Below are positions 20,901-35,212 of a DNA stretch of 64,000 nt, in pieces. Both the position numbers and the translations under genes were made by a program. Origin of the DNA: Chrysomallon squamiferum (lineage: Eukaryota; Animalia; Mollusca); contig CM022671.1 in NCBI GenBank assembly GCA_012295275.1, positions 28,892,001-28,956,000 on the forward strand. Reading direction: 5' to 3'. Every line of letters starts with the position of its first letter. Position 1 is the stretch's first letter. The notes beneath the pieces are model-generated. The model saw only the letters and a program-made list of their open reading frames with translations, was not told the DNA's origin and did not search any database.

Positions 20901-22333
20901 TGTCCAGGTTTAGGCAAAGGTTTTGCTGCACCTCTGCTAGGACTAACTGAAAAGGTGTTAGCTCTAGGTCTTTCATTGTTGTTCTGATTTTGATCTCCAC
21001 GCAGAAGCTCAGAAGCTTCATACAAAGGCTCAAAACCATTGTTGTTTGAACTGTTGGCCTGCTGGGAGTTCTGCTGGTTATTCATCTCAGGAACGTTTAT
21101 TTCAGACGTGTTATTGGAAGTCATCTCGTTTTCTCGAAGGCTTGCTCGCGACTTTTTTGCTGCAGAACTAAAATGAGTATAGGCCACTGCTAACGTCTGA
21201 TCTACAGGTGCTGAAATTATGGCCGGGTCAGAAACATGACTGTTAGGTGGAGAGACAACGTCATTGACCTTGTTTCCAGTATCTTTGTTAAATCCTCCGC
21301 GTAAAACTGATACCAAAACTGAGAGTTCGTACGGAGTTAACGATAAGTTTTTAATCATTTGCTGAAGCTGTGTTTCCTTGTCGGTGACTGGTGTTTGGTT
21401 ATTGATAGTTCCTGGATGTCTTTGACTAGTACTATCAGCTGTAAACAGAGGAACCTTATTAATATCTGAACTTAGGTTTGCGTCTTGGTAAACTGTTGGA
21501 CTTCGGGGGTTCTGTTCTGTTTGTTTTGTTGGTATATGAAGCATTATGTTTTCTGCTTTATTTTGTGATAGATAATCCGCAGTTGTAGCAGAAGGAGTTG
21601 TATTAATTGGGGTCTGAACTGTGGTCTTTCCAACTGATGTACGTGTCCATCGTCCAAAATTGATATTTCGAATTCTGGTTCTTCGAAACGGAGAATTCTG
21701 GTTCTGATGATCAGCAGGAACATTTTTAACGGCAGCTCTTGTAACAAGATGTCTGTCTGGAGTTGTTACCATCTCTGGTTGTAAAGTATATAATTTCGGA
21801 CTTAAAGGTGGAAGCTTGTTTCGGACTGGCTTATTTATAACTTGCGTATACGCCATATTCTGTTTATTTATTATGGATGGATGAACTCCAGTTGGTGAAG
21901 GATTAAACAGAATAGTTGGTGATTTTTGCTTTGTCTGTGGGGCACTTGTCGGTGTCTGCTGATTTGTCTTCTGAACCTGTGCTGCTGATCCTTGAGATAC
22001 TCCTGCTAGAAGCGCCATCATCGATGTAAGCTGTTTGATGGCTGCAGGGTCTGTTATGTTCATTTTGAGAATATCTGGTCCTAACGAAGCCAAAGACTGG
22101 ATCAGCAGTGAACTAAATTTGTGTACTACAGAATCCGTAGACGAAGCTGACTGTTTGAGTTCAGACTGCACTGGCGATGATTGAGAACTTACTGCAAAAT
22201 ACAAGTTAGAAGATTCCCACCGATTCAAATGTCATTACTGATGGTGTTAAATATTCCTATGTGATTTACCATGATGATTTCTGATGGATATGTATAGTGT
22301 GCATTCAGGGACAACAAACTGAATTTTGTTAGT

Positions 22334-22368
<35 letters not shown>

Positions 22369-23190
22369 CTTAATTATTCAGTTATTCAGTTGTTGTTTTT
22401 ATTTTATTATTTCCATTATTATTTTTTGTTGTTGTTGTAGTTGTTGTTTTTGGGGGTTACCTTTTTTGGCATTGCCTTGTTTTATTTTATTTTGTTATTT
22501 TATTTTATTTTTTTTGTGTGTGTGTGTTTTTTGTTGGTTTTTTGTTGTTATTTTATCTTTTGTTGTGGGCTTTTTTATTGTTGTTATTTTATTTTAAATG
22601 TCACTGATGTAAGAAAATTGTCTTAACATGCAGTAAAATGATAACGCCCCGAACTTACTGCTGATTTTCAGTTTCATTCATATCTTCATGTTGCTCTTTA
22701 TTTTATGACCACATAAATAAATAGTGATTCACTTCTTTTGTTTTAGATATCTGCATTAATTTCCCTGCACTTACGTTGTTTTTCTTTACTGGTTTTTCAG
22801 TGAGTAAAATGGATGATAAATGGCCTTATATTATTTATGATTGTTGGTATTAGAAAATGATGTTATTAACATTAGCCTAAATATTGTTAAATAATTTCTC
22901 TCTCAGCTGATATTTGTAATTAAAATCAATGGATTTGTAATTAAAATCAATGGATTTCCATAAATAGGTACATTTTACGTATTTGTATTCTGAAATTTAT
23001 CTTAATACAAAGTATTCTCTCAGTACTCCATATTTCTTCTCTAATCCTTAAAATCTGTTCTTAGTTTACGAAATGTTCAGTTATTTACCTTGAGATGATC
23101 CTAGTTGATTGCTTGACGGTTTAGTGGGACCTGAAACGTAATGCATTGCATTAATCATTATTTTTTTATGCAATCATGTCTACAGAAACA

Positions 23191-23284
<94 letters not shown>

Positions 23285-23354
23285 CAGTATCTCTCTTTTG
23301 TTTTCCTATTTTTCAGTCATTTTACTTTAAACACATCACCATCATCACCATCAC

Positions 23355-23389
<35 letters not shown>

Positions 23390-26300
23390 AATAATAAACA
23401 ACTAAAATATTAACAACAGCATATAACTAAGATTTTATTATTTTGATACCTGCAGTAGCTGCTGCATTGGTGATGCCGCTTGGTGAAGTTGACGATGGAG
23501 TTGGGGGTGGGGTAGGATCTACAATACAATACAAATTAAATATCATTAACATAAACTAGAATTAGATTTCAAAACGTTTCCAAAGTCTTATATAAACTTC
23601 GACAGTTTTCATCAATTTCAAAAGTTCTGTAACTTTCCAAGATTTCTGAAATTTTACATAAACAAATTTGAAAATTAACGTATTAAAAGTTGCTAGGAAT
23701 TTAAACTTGTTTACTACTTAGACAATTTTCGTGTTGTTTTAGCACGTGAACTGTAGTCTAGACTGTACCTGGCGGGTCTGGCATGTCGAAGGGAGTGTCA
23801 ATGCCCAGCTGATCCATGCGTCGAAACCAGGCAGTAAATTCCGGTGTTCCAAATGGTGGAGGTCGAACTAAAATATTTTAATTAAATAAAAAAAAAATTA
23901 TATATATATATATATATATATAAAACGTAGGTCATTATATCCATTAATATCCATTTATAACTAAACAATGTACTGTACGTTTTTATTTATGGTTACGTAA
24001 TATTAATAATAATCATAATCATAATAATAATAATAATAATAATAAATATTGAATTTTTAACATCCCATTTAATTATTCATTACAATTAAATGGAATATTC
24101 TGTTGATATAATTCTTATATTTATTTGTATATATTTATGCTTACACTAACAATATTACTGAACTTTTATTATATCGTTTAAGACAGTTTGTTGGAATGTG
24201 TCATATTAATTTTCTATTTATAGAGTTACATTTATCACTTTCTTCTTTTTAATGGTAATAATAATTTATATTAAGCAGTCAGAAACGACATGCAGTTTCT
24301 TATGTAAATTACCTTACTTATTCGTACTCATCTAGATATGTGTATGTGTGATTTGATATTTCTGGCATAACTAAATGTACCTGGATCAAACTTTGGTTGT
24401 CTGGGAAACTGTTGGCGTCTCATCATGTCGTATGGCGAAGAACCGAACCCAGGGATCATCTGACCCGACACGTGACTGTTGCTTAGCACGGACCCTTGTT
24501 GTCCAGAATACTGACGTAATGAATTCCGTCGCCCGTTGAGAATCTGCGGCAGTAGGCCTAACTGGTTATGTCTCAGCAGATTCCGCCCTGAACTGTCTGT
24601 GTGTATTATTATAGTTCGTGGCCCTTTTCGTCCACTTAAAGCGTTGAGCAACAACGCCTTCTTCTGGTTGAGATTCTGATTCCTTTGATTCGAATTAATC
24701 AGTCTAAGAACTGCGTTTATGATGCTGTCTTGGTGTTGTTGTTGTTGAGTGTTGAGTACATTAAGCAGTTTTGGCTGCTGGTTGTTTTCTCTGTATTCAC
24801 GAGCGTTGAGATTACTACCTGTCATGCCGTTGTTGTTAATGGATGGAATTTGATTACTGGTACCAGAAAAGTCGTTGTTTTTGACTCCTCCAGTCCTTAC
24901 GTTTAAAATAATCGGGCTAGTTTCTGCATTTCTGTTTAGGGGACGAATATTTTCTCTGATTCCAGAATTTCCATTTTTCTTGGGATGTGATAACATAGTT
25001 TCGGTTCTGAAAGAATCTGCTCTTGTTCTTGTAACACCATTTCTATTCAGATCAGCACTGACTGTGTCTGGTGCAGGTTTTTGCCACTGTGAACTTCTGC
25101 TAAGTAGTAAATCATTACGTCTTGCAGCTAATAATCTTTCAAGTTGTTTAGAAATGCTTTCTGTATTTAACAAACGTGTATTAACCACGTCATTGGCATT
25201 ATTACTGCTGACTGCACTGCTTCTTTGGTTCGACTGCACAGGTCCGAGTTGTAGATTTGGATCTGTCATATGAGGCATTCCCCTTGCCACATAAATATCC
25301 CGATTTCCAGATATTCGTTCGTTCCTTTGTTCGGGTGCTCCAGTTCCTGCGTTTTGACGGGGAACGTTAGTTACTGAGGGGAAGTTAATGTTTCCATTTG
25401 CTCTCGGCATATGGAAAGATTCTCTGATTACTGGCTTGTTAAAATCTCTAGCAGACGTTGTTATATTTAGCCTTGTTAATATATCTCTTATGTTTAACGG
25501 TTCAGAACGTATCGCAGCTATGCGAGCATTGCTCCTGTCTATAGCTGTCTGATGTGGCTGTTCTGGTCTATGACGTGCGTTGATGTTTGTGGAGGCATCT
25601 TGCAGAGGAAATACGTTTCTGACAGGCGTCGGGCTGGTGTTTTCTACATTTCTAAATCCTGGTTTTCTTTCATTTAAAGGAAGAGGCGTCTCGCCTTGAC
25701 TGAAGTGTCAGCTGGCGACTGTTCGGCCTGTTTTTAAGATGATCAAAATGTGCTGAGACTTTTGACCGATCAGGCGTATTTCTAACTTGCAAGACACCTG
25801 CATTTCGTAAATTCAAATCGTTGTTGGTATTCAGCCGTCCACGTTCTCCTATAAAAGTACCCGAATCTCTGGATGATATTGGGTTAATGACAGTTTCAAC
25901 ATTTCTGTTAAGTTGTGTCCTCGATCCCCGAGTTTGTGACAGATCAGCATTTTGCACAGTCGTAGGGCCTTTGTTACCTGTAATTGTTTTGATGCCACTA
26001 GATGTATTGAAAATAATGTTATTTTGCTGTGGGGTATTACTCATAGTATGCAACACGCCTATATCGGCGATGTCAGCTGAACCCCCATGTGCTGTATTAA
26101 CTGAACCTGCATTTGCTGTATGAACTAAATCTATATTAGCAGTGTTAACTAAACCTACATTAGCAGTGTTAACTAAGCCAGCGTTTGCCGTATTAATTAA
26201 GCCAGCAGTTGCAGTATTAACCAACGCATTAGCCGTATTTGCTAAAACAGTACTACCTGTATTTGAAACAGCAGGACCAGCGCTAGAAAATAAAGCATTT

Positions 26301-29300
26301 TTCACAGATTCTTCAGCAGGATGATGACTGTTTGTTTGTATTACCTTGTTGTTGTTGAGCCTCACACCGCCAAACCGCGAAAAAAAGTTAGGCCCAACAT
26401 TTACCTTTTTCTCTCCTACACGTACGTTTTGCTTATCTGAATTAACGAGGGCAGATATATTTGGCATCATATTTCCAGTTACGACGGTTGACTCTCGACC
26501 CATGTGCTGTGGTAGTCGTTGATAAAATGGTACTTGGGTGACTCTGTTGAACTGATTTTTCAGATCACTAATTTGCGACTTCAGTATATCAACTTTAGGA
26601 GGCTGGCTTGTTTGCTGATGTTGTTGAAGCTGAGAATTTAAAAACAGATGATAACGCTGCTGATGATTTCTGAAACTATTTTGCTGTTGCAAATAAAATG
26701 CGTCAGCTAGTTGTGGATGTCGTAGAGTCTGTAAGCCTGGTGGATGTTGCAGGATTAGCTGTCGCTGCTGTTGTACAGCGGGTTCGTGTTGTCCTGGTGC
26801 TGGCGCTGTTGTCAGTGACAACATGAACAGATTCTGCTGCGGCCAGTGGTATTGCTGTTTCATATTATTTTGTTGTATTCGCTTTGGCTGTTCCATTTGG
26901 TTTTGCTGTTTCTGCTGTTTTACAACATCAGATATATTTTGGTACTGGTTTACGTCAGATGACGGTAATCGTGTTAATTTGGGCCTTGCTTCAGCCGATA
27001 ACTTCTGAATCCGATTCGCAATCTGTTGATTCTGCATCTTAAGCTGTTCATGCTGGAATTGTTCTTCTGAGGTCATCTGATGGGCATCGGTTTTTGGTAC
27101 ATATAATGGATTAACAGTTGATGGATTTGCAATGATCTGGGGTTGTTGGTGAAAATGAATGAACTTGTTTGGAATCTGGCCCGACGAATCTCCTAAAGAT
27201 TGCCCGTTTCTCGGCTGCATATGCTGCTGAAAGTGCTGTTGTCTTTTCCCCAAAAAGGGAATATTTTGTTGACTCGCCACCTGCCTTTGTTGGCTCAGTT
27301 TGGATAACCCTTGCCTCTGAAAAGTGTTCTGCGATGGCGTATTGGGTTGTCTCTGTGGTAATTTCCCTTGCTGCAGTGGACTGTTAATGAATATATGTTG
27401 TTGCTGAGTCTGTCCCAGTGGCTGCTGCCCTGCCTGTTGAACATTTAATTTTAATGTTTGCTGGGGATTTATCTGTATCTTTGGTTTAAGATGTTGCCAA
27501 TACTGTGGTATTTCTCTTTGCTGCTGCTGTTCCAAAGGACGCTGAGGTGCTATAAACTGTGATGTTTTAATCCTCGTGAGGTAATTTCCACCTGAAGGTT
27601 TCATTAAATTTAGAGGTAGTTGAAGGTTTGGATACATTTTATTTTGTGGCTGTTGTGCATTCATTATTTGTCCACTACGCATTAGACCTGGCTGTATTCC
27701 TGGTTGCATAAAGCGCCTTTCTGATGTTCTCACAAAACCAGAATTCCCTGGAGCCGTCACAGGATTTCCATTATTGAAATCTGTAATTGTCCGAGACCGT
27801 AATGGAATGCTGGCGAATGTTCCTTTTCTTTGTCCTCGTCTAAACGGAGAAGGGTTGAATGTTTCACCTAAATGTCCCTGTTTCTCTTGCTGGTGTTCCT
27901 TCTGCTCCTGCCGACTTTCAATCTGTTGCTGTTGCTGTTGATTTTGTTGTTGTTTTTGGTTTTCTTTCTGATACTGATTCTGTTGAAATGTTTGCCTAGG
28001 TCTTTGTTGCTGCTGAAGCATAGATTGTCGTTGTTCTAAAGGTCGCTTAGACTGTTGCAAAGGTTGTAGATATTGTTGTTGCATGATATGTTGCTGACGC
28101 TGTTGTTGCTGAGGCTGATGTTGTAATTGTTGGCCTCGCAATGTAATAGGCATCTGATGTGTTGGCGCTTGTTTCACATTTACTGGTGGGTTTTGACGAT
28201 ATCTTTCTATCTGCTGTTCTGTTTGTTTAAATGTTCCTTGGCTTTGTGGTTCATTTTGCTTTTGTTCGCCCAATATATGTTGTTTTCCTGGTTTGAACGG
28301 CTGTTGATTTTCCTGTCTGATTTTCCAGTTCTGCGACAACTGTCCAGTGTTCATCTGTGAAGGTTGAAGCTGCTGGCTACTCCAGTGCGGCATCCGGGTT
28401 GATTCATATCCAGTCGCTAGTTCCTTTTGCAAGGGTCCTCTGTGATTTCGTTTATTATTTCCTGGTAATGGTACCTGACCATTCTGAAATGATCTGCCGA
28501 GAGAAGACGGCAGTATTCTGTTGACTGGATAATTAAACAAAGGTGGTTGCGTAATACTTTGTGCGGTGGGGGTTTGCAAATATATTTGCACTGGGTCTTG
28601 TGGTGGGTTTCCTTTCATTCCACCAAAGTCTACCACAGAACCAGCTGCTCGCGATGGAAATCGTTGAAATGATCTTTGTAAATTATTATTTTGTCGCTGC
28701 TGTTGTTTGATTACATGTTTTGGTAGCTGTTGGCCTCGCTGATGTTTTTGTTTTTCTTGTTGTTGATTTTGCTGATGGCGTTGAAATTGATTTAAGCTGG
28801 TACTTGGCATAATCCCACGTTGATGCTGTCCATTTACTGCTACATGTCATACACATAAATGATAAAAAGAAAGAAAAGAAAAATATTATCCATGAAAAAG
28901 GTTAGAAATAATCTTAAAATGGTTTTATAATAGCCTGGTGTACACATATAAATACACATACACAAACACCCAGACACATGCATACATTCATACATACATA
29001 CATGCATGCCTGCATTCAAACATACATTCATACATATATACATGTATACATTCATTCATATATGGATGCATGCATACATTCATAAAAACACGAGAATCAC
29101 AAATAAAAAAACACATAATCATTGTGATATCTGAGATATATAAAATTTACCTTGATTACCAATTTGACCACGTAATCGCGATCTTTGATTAGGCCATGGA
29201 CCCTTATTATTCATTTCATCTTGAATCGGCATTTGACTCTTTTCCGTTAAGATCCTGACATTCTGTTTTGGGCGTTGGAGACTTTGTAAACCGATTTGAC

Positions 29301-30385
29301 TACCTGACGTCAGGGCAGGCACTCTTCTTTGATTAAACACTGGACTTTGTAAATGAAGTCCTCGATCTCCAGAAGGACGTCTTTGACCTTGTGATTGTTG
29401 TTGCCTGATTCTTAGTGTCTGGCCTAGCTGTTGTTGTCCCTGTTTTGTCTGCTGTATCCTACTTGGTTGTATCCTGCCACGTCGTATTTGACCCTGTTGT
29501 ATCCGACTGGGTGGTAACCTTCTTTGTCGTAATTGACCCTGTTGTATCCGACTTGGTGCTATTCTACCTTGTCGTATCTGACCCTGTTGTACCTGACTTG
29601 GTGCTATTCTACCTTGTCGTATCTGACCCTGTTGTACCTGACTTGGTTGTATCCTACCTTGTCGTATCTGACCCTGTTGTATCTGACTTGGTTGTATCCT
29701 ACCTTGTCGTATCTGACCCTGTTGTATCTTTTTCGGTGGTATAATGACTGGTAGTATCTGACGCGGCTGAATCCTGCCTTGTTGTGTATTAGCCTGTGAA
29801 GGAAGAGGAATTCTACGGAAAGCCTGACTCGGCTGAGGTAACCATTTGTTGCTGCCATGTTTTGGATTTGATAGTTGTTGTATGTTTGTGTTCCTTCCTT
29901 AAAACAATTCAAAAATATTGTATCGTCATCAACATTACTATACTCATCATTGTAATTATCACCATGATAATCTTCGTAATAATCATCATCATAACAATCA
30001 TCTATAATCATGATCATCATGGTTATCACCAGTATTATATTCATAAATATATGATGGTCTATATTGTTATTATTGCTGTTGAGGTTGCTTACGATATTTA
30101 AATTGTCTTTAAGCAACAGTTTATTAAATTTCTTTTGTGGAAAAAATCAAACTGCTACTGTAATAGTAGTCTAGCTCATTAATTACTTAGATATAATTTT
30201 ATTTCTTGCATATATAATTAAATTTCACAACTAATATTTTATATTTCATCATTTGTAAAATTATATTTACAATGAAATATTCTTCCTGCTTGAAAAAAAA
30301 AAAAAAAAAAAAAAAAAGAAAAAAAAGAAGAAGAAGAAGAAGAAAAAAGAACATGAAGTAGAAGATTTAAATGTGTGTGTAAATA

Positions 30386-30451
<66 letters not shown>

Positions 30452-32430
30452 ACAGGTACATATATGTGGTAAATGATACATTGAAGGATAAAAGTAAGCA
30501 GGTTTATAATAATTTAATAGCCTCGTTATCCTGCATAACTGATATAAAATAAATAATAAATAAATAAAAAGAAGAAAAAAGCAACATTATTCCTGTTCCC
30601 TTTATAGTGGTACATAATATAACGAAATGTTTTTTTGGAAAATAAGACGTAAGAAAATAAGAAAATTATTATAAGCAAATATATTAATGCGATCAAGCGG
30701 ATTATGTTTTATACAGCATGAAGCAGATATTGAAGCAAACAGAAGTAAATGAATAAGCATATTTACCAGCCTCTTTATGTTTTTTGGTTATAGGCTAAGG
30801 GTAAAAAGTCATGAAAATCTAAACCGATTCTCGCAGTCAGTCTCAACTATTTGAATTAACGTGTTTTTTTTTTTGTTTTTTTTGTTGTTTTTTTTAATTA
30901 TTTTTTTAACATAAATTTATTTTATTTTATTTTATTTTATTTTCATTTTTATTATTATCTTAATTAATTAATTTTTTTTTTTTTTTTTATTCCATCCAAC
31001 AGTGCGATAATACAAAATTCGGCATAAATTATTTGCTGGAATCGGTTTACTGATTCCCGTTAGAGTTGTGTCCCTTTTGCTCACTGATAATAAGCAATGA
31101 AGTTACCGTATTGTATCGTATAGACTAGATTTGGTTTTCCACGCCTCAAATACAGAATATATTGTGGACGCACTATAATATAAGTACCGATATTATGATT
31201 AAAATATGATGAAGCATACAACAAGAAAAAAAAAATTAATATAAAATCTCATTAATATCTATTACTTATTTCACCATGATTTTAATTTTCATAAATTTTA
31301 AACTCTTCTTAGTCATTTACATGAAATAAATGAAATGAAATTAAATAATAAAAATAATAATAATAATAATAATAAGAATAATAATAATAATAATTTTAAA
31401 AACATACAATTAGTTCTTACACAGTCTAACATTAAAGTACCTATAATACAAATTAAATCAGATCGATTTTCTAATTTTCTTACAGCACCAATTAATGAAT
31501 TATGGCATATAGCGAGTTTAAAACACGTGACCATACGTCAAAATGTAGGTCACTAACTGGTGATCGGAGTTCGCCGAAACATTATGAAAAGATGTATTAA
31601 TGAATTGGTGATGTGTAAGAGAATTTTTCTAATCAGCGAACTCGAAATAACAGTAATATCGAATACAGATACCGAAACTTTTATCCAGCTTCCAGAGATT
31701 CAGAAACAACAGAAAACCGGGGTTGTTTGGGTTTTTTTTAAATTGGTATATTTTGTATTTTGCGCCAGTTTCAGTGTATAGGTGATTATTTCACAATCAC
31801 GTCATTATTTGTGGGAATTTATTACAATTTTCAGTTAGAACTACGTCCAAAAGTTATACAGAAATTCAACTTGCTAGAGTAAAAGGTAAAACGGAAAGAT
31901 TTAGAGTTCAGTATTAAGCGGATTAATAAAGACCAAACAGACACTGCTTTAGAAGTGGAATAATTTGTATCTGTTAAATCAGCATCGTTCTTAAGTTTTT
32001 ATTGTTTGTTTCTTAAAACCGGAAAAATCCAGAAATCCGGCTCACGTTTGGTCACAGCCTTGCCGGATAAATGGTCCGGTACCTATATTATTATTTTTGG
32101 AGGGAGGGTTGGTTCTTTCTTTCTTTAGTTGTTGTTTTTTTATTCGTTTTTGTTGTTGTTTGTTGGTTGCTGTTGTTGTTGTTATTCTTTTTGGGGGGAA
32201 ATGACGAAATCTATAACAGCTGCCAAATTTTCAGGAATTACACGTTTTACGTATACAGTAATTGTGCCTTCAGTCAACAGTATAGATCGAGCTACAGTGA
32301 ATTTACTAAGACACAAGTATTGTGTCGATTGTTACGTACCTGCTTTCCTCTGTTGACCAGTGAAACGTGAGCACGTGGCATGCTCGAAAACCACACAGAG
32401 CAGCAGAATCGCTTGCAGAACTCTAAACAT
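15944..32430 (-). CDS. Gene C: giant secreted low-complexity (Gln/Arg- then Asn/Ser/Thr-rich) protein, ~2,980 aa, at least 11 coding exons
   Basis: Exons: 32340-32430 (MFRVLQAILLLCVVFEHATCSRFTGQQRKA, signal-peptide-like), 29151-29897, 24381-28836 (NAGNAG alternative 28839), 23769-23867, 23450-23518, 23089-23130, 18997-22191, 18398-18493, 16734-16790, 16098-16142, 15944-15996 (..SSEEYEYYD*). All introns are phase 1 GT-AG. The 4456-nt exon is exactly 3n+1, matching a single frameshift at ~25675. No recognisable globular domain. Confidence 0.8.
18997..22191 (-). CDS. Gene C 3.2-kb exon (Ser/Asn/Thr-rich, with four short helical motifs)
   Basis: ORF 18959..22228 is open throughout. Acceptor ttttgcag at 22192-22194, donor GTAAAT at 18996. 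Length 3195 nt = 1065 codons. Confidence 0.85.
24381..28836 (-). CDS. Gene C 4.46-kb exon (polyQ/Gln-rich, then Asn/Arg-rich), one frameshift
   Basis: ORF 25670..28810 joins an open frame (..NERKPGFRNVENTSP..) that runs into ORF 24328..25410. Donor GTACAT at 24380. Confidence 0.8.
29151..29897 (-). CDS. Gene C exon with 15-aa IQQGQIRQGRIQPSQ repeats
   Basis: 747-nt open phase-1 exon, only partly caught by the ORF track (29119..29340). 45-nt tandem repeat at ~29445-29727. Confidence 0.8.
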
Positions 32431-32917
32431 CAGCGTTCTGAAAGTTAGAAAAGTTCAGGACAGTCACATGTTTTTTTAAAATAACAGACATACAGACACG
32501 CAGTAAAACGTAGATCAGTACATTTAATAATGTTTTAATACAAAGCAGTTGTGGAAGAATCATCTTCCTCGTCGTTGTCATCATCATCATATTGTTATCA
32601 TTATTATAGTTGTTTCTGCTGTTGCTACTACTGCTACTGCTACTACTACTATTATTACTACTACTACTGTTACTACTACTACTACTACTATTACTACTTC
32701 AACTGCTACTACTATTATTACTACTACTACTATTACTACTTCTACTACTATTACAACTACTACTACAATGAGTGCTGTTCATTTTGTTTTGTTCTGATGT
32801 TTTTTGTTTGTTTGGGGAATTGTTTGTGTTTTGTTTGTTTGTTTTTCTTTTTGTTGTTGTTGTTGTTTTTGTTGTTTTTTGTGGGGTTGTACGTGGGAAC
32901 TGTTTTGTGGTTTTGGG

Positions 32918-33342
<425 letters not shown>

Positions 33343-33604
33343 CTTTCAAAAGATTAATTTCCCTATCTGTTATTTATCATGAAGTCCCATAATGGAAAAT
33401 GATGTACTTCAGCAATAAATGTGATATACTGATATTTAACAATATCCCCAAGGCATGAAAAACATTATCTTTTTTTTTTTTTTTTTTTTTTTCTGTTTCT
33501 TGATTTGCTTTTTTTCTTCTTTCTTACTTTCTTGTAAGTTTTTTGTTGTTGTTTTTTGTTGGGCTGTTTCTTTGTTTTGTTTTTAATGAGTTGTCCATTT
33601 TTAC

Positions 33605-33663
<59 letters not shown>

Positions 33664-35147
33664 GTTATTGTTGTTGTTGTTGTTGATTTGTTTCTTTATT
33701 TGTATATAAGGTTTGGTACATATACCAGTGCATCGTTATTAAAAATCGTGACGTTGGAACGCACCTTTATAACCTCCGGGTCAATGAAAGACATTACAGG
33801 TGACTAAGTCAAAGAAGCTATTGGGTAAATGATCAATTATGATGATAAATAGAAACGGTACAAGATTAAAGTCACACTTTTTTAGTTAAGTGGCGAGACA
33901 TATTAGACAGGGACTGACAATAACGTCTTTCTTTTTTTCTTTTCTTCTTTTCTTTTCTTTTTTTTTTTAAATCAAAAGATAGAGCATTACAAAGAAACAA
34001 GAATTTGATCTGTTAACATTAAGACGTTGTTAACTTAGGAAAAGACAGACCTTAAACCTGTGACTCTTGCTATAACTGGCTGGGTAACATAAAATGGAAG
34101 GTAATAAAATGTATGCATAATCAGGCACACATTGTCTGTTCGGAAACTGATACAATCTTTTGTATGAATTAAAATTATAACATTCACAGTCTTTTTAGGT
34201 ATATTTAAATATTAAATGTACAAAAACATTTTGACTGAAACAAATATCTCTCTACCCCCGAAAAACAAATTGCCTACGCCCCTGTATTGCCATATTCCTC
34301 AATAAAAGCAGTTCTCCGCTTTTATCTCGCTTAAACTGTCTTTGAATTCCGGTGTTTTATTGGTGTTTTGTCGGTGAATTTACTTATTTATTTATTTCAT
34401 TTCAAAGATATCCCGCCTACCATCGTAGTATTAGAGTTATAACTGCTGAAGTAAACTACTTTATAAATGTGAGTTTGCATATATAATTGGAAGACTGAAA
34501 ATAAGGAACGACCAACTAAAACAAAAGTAACGTAGGAAAATAAGTAATAGCCTTGATAAACGGGAAATTGTTTGTATTTTTAACGATTAAACCTAGTCAT
34601 CTCGTAATAATATTTAAAATAATTAATAATTAAAACATGTTAATGGTCAAATACGTTTTGGAATATTTAATAAATCCCATGTGATAAGTTATTACGTAAG
34701 CGATGACATCACATGACTGCTTAGACTTACGACTGTGGTGATAAAGAATTGCCAGGCAACACAGAATACCGTGTCCATATTCCAAGATTAATAAATTACA
34801 ACAGGGTCGTGACACATGACACTGTGTGTTGATATATAACACCGGGCTCTTTTGAACATAGATGTCAGTATATCATTGATACACGTAATAACATGGTATA
34901 TCTGTATGTGTGGGTTTATAAATGTCTAAGCTTAATACAATTTAGTATCCGCAAAAGAACTCAAATAAAGTATATGCTATTTATGAGAACGATATTAAAA
35001 TGCCTGTTTACCTAGTCTTATAAATGTTATATTGAAAAAAAACAAGACTCTTCTGGTATTATTTTTCGGAATTTTCACGATGAAAAAAATGAATTTATAT
35101 GCTTTATTGTTAACGGTTATTGGAAATAAACACAATTTTTCTTGTTC

Positions 35148-35212
<65 letters not shown>

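Noticed and set aside
22912-22957. 21-bp direct duplication in an intron of gene C
   Set aside because: Ordinary slippage duplication with no sign of function.
29604-30116. ORF with RYDKVGYNQV repeats
   Set aside because: Wrong frame of gene C's exon. It stops internally, whereas the Gln-rich frame is open between phase-1 splice sites.
30767-30818. Possible extra micro-exon of gene C (DFHDFLPLAYNQKHKEA)
   Set aside because: It needs a one-base correction and has a weak acceptor context. Not supportable without transcripts.
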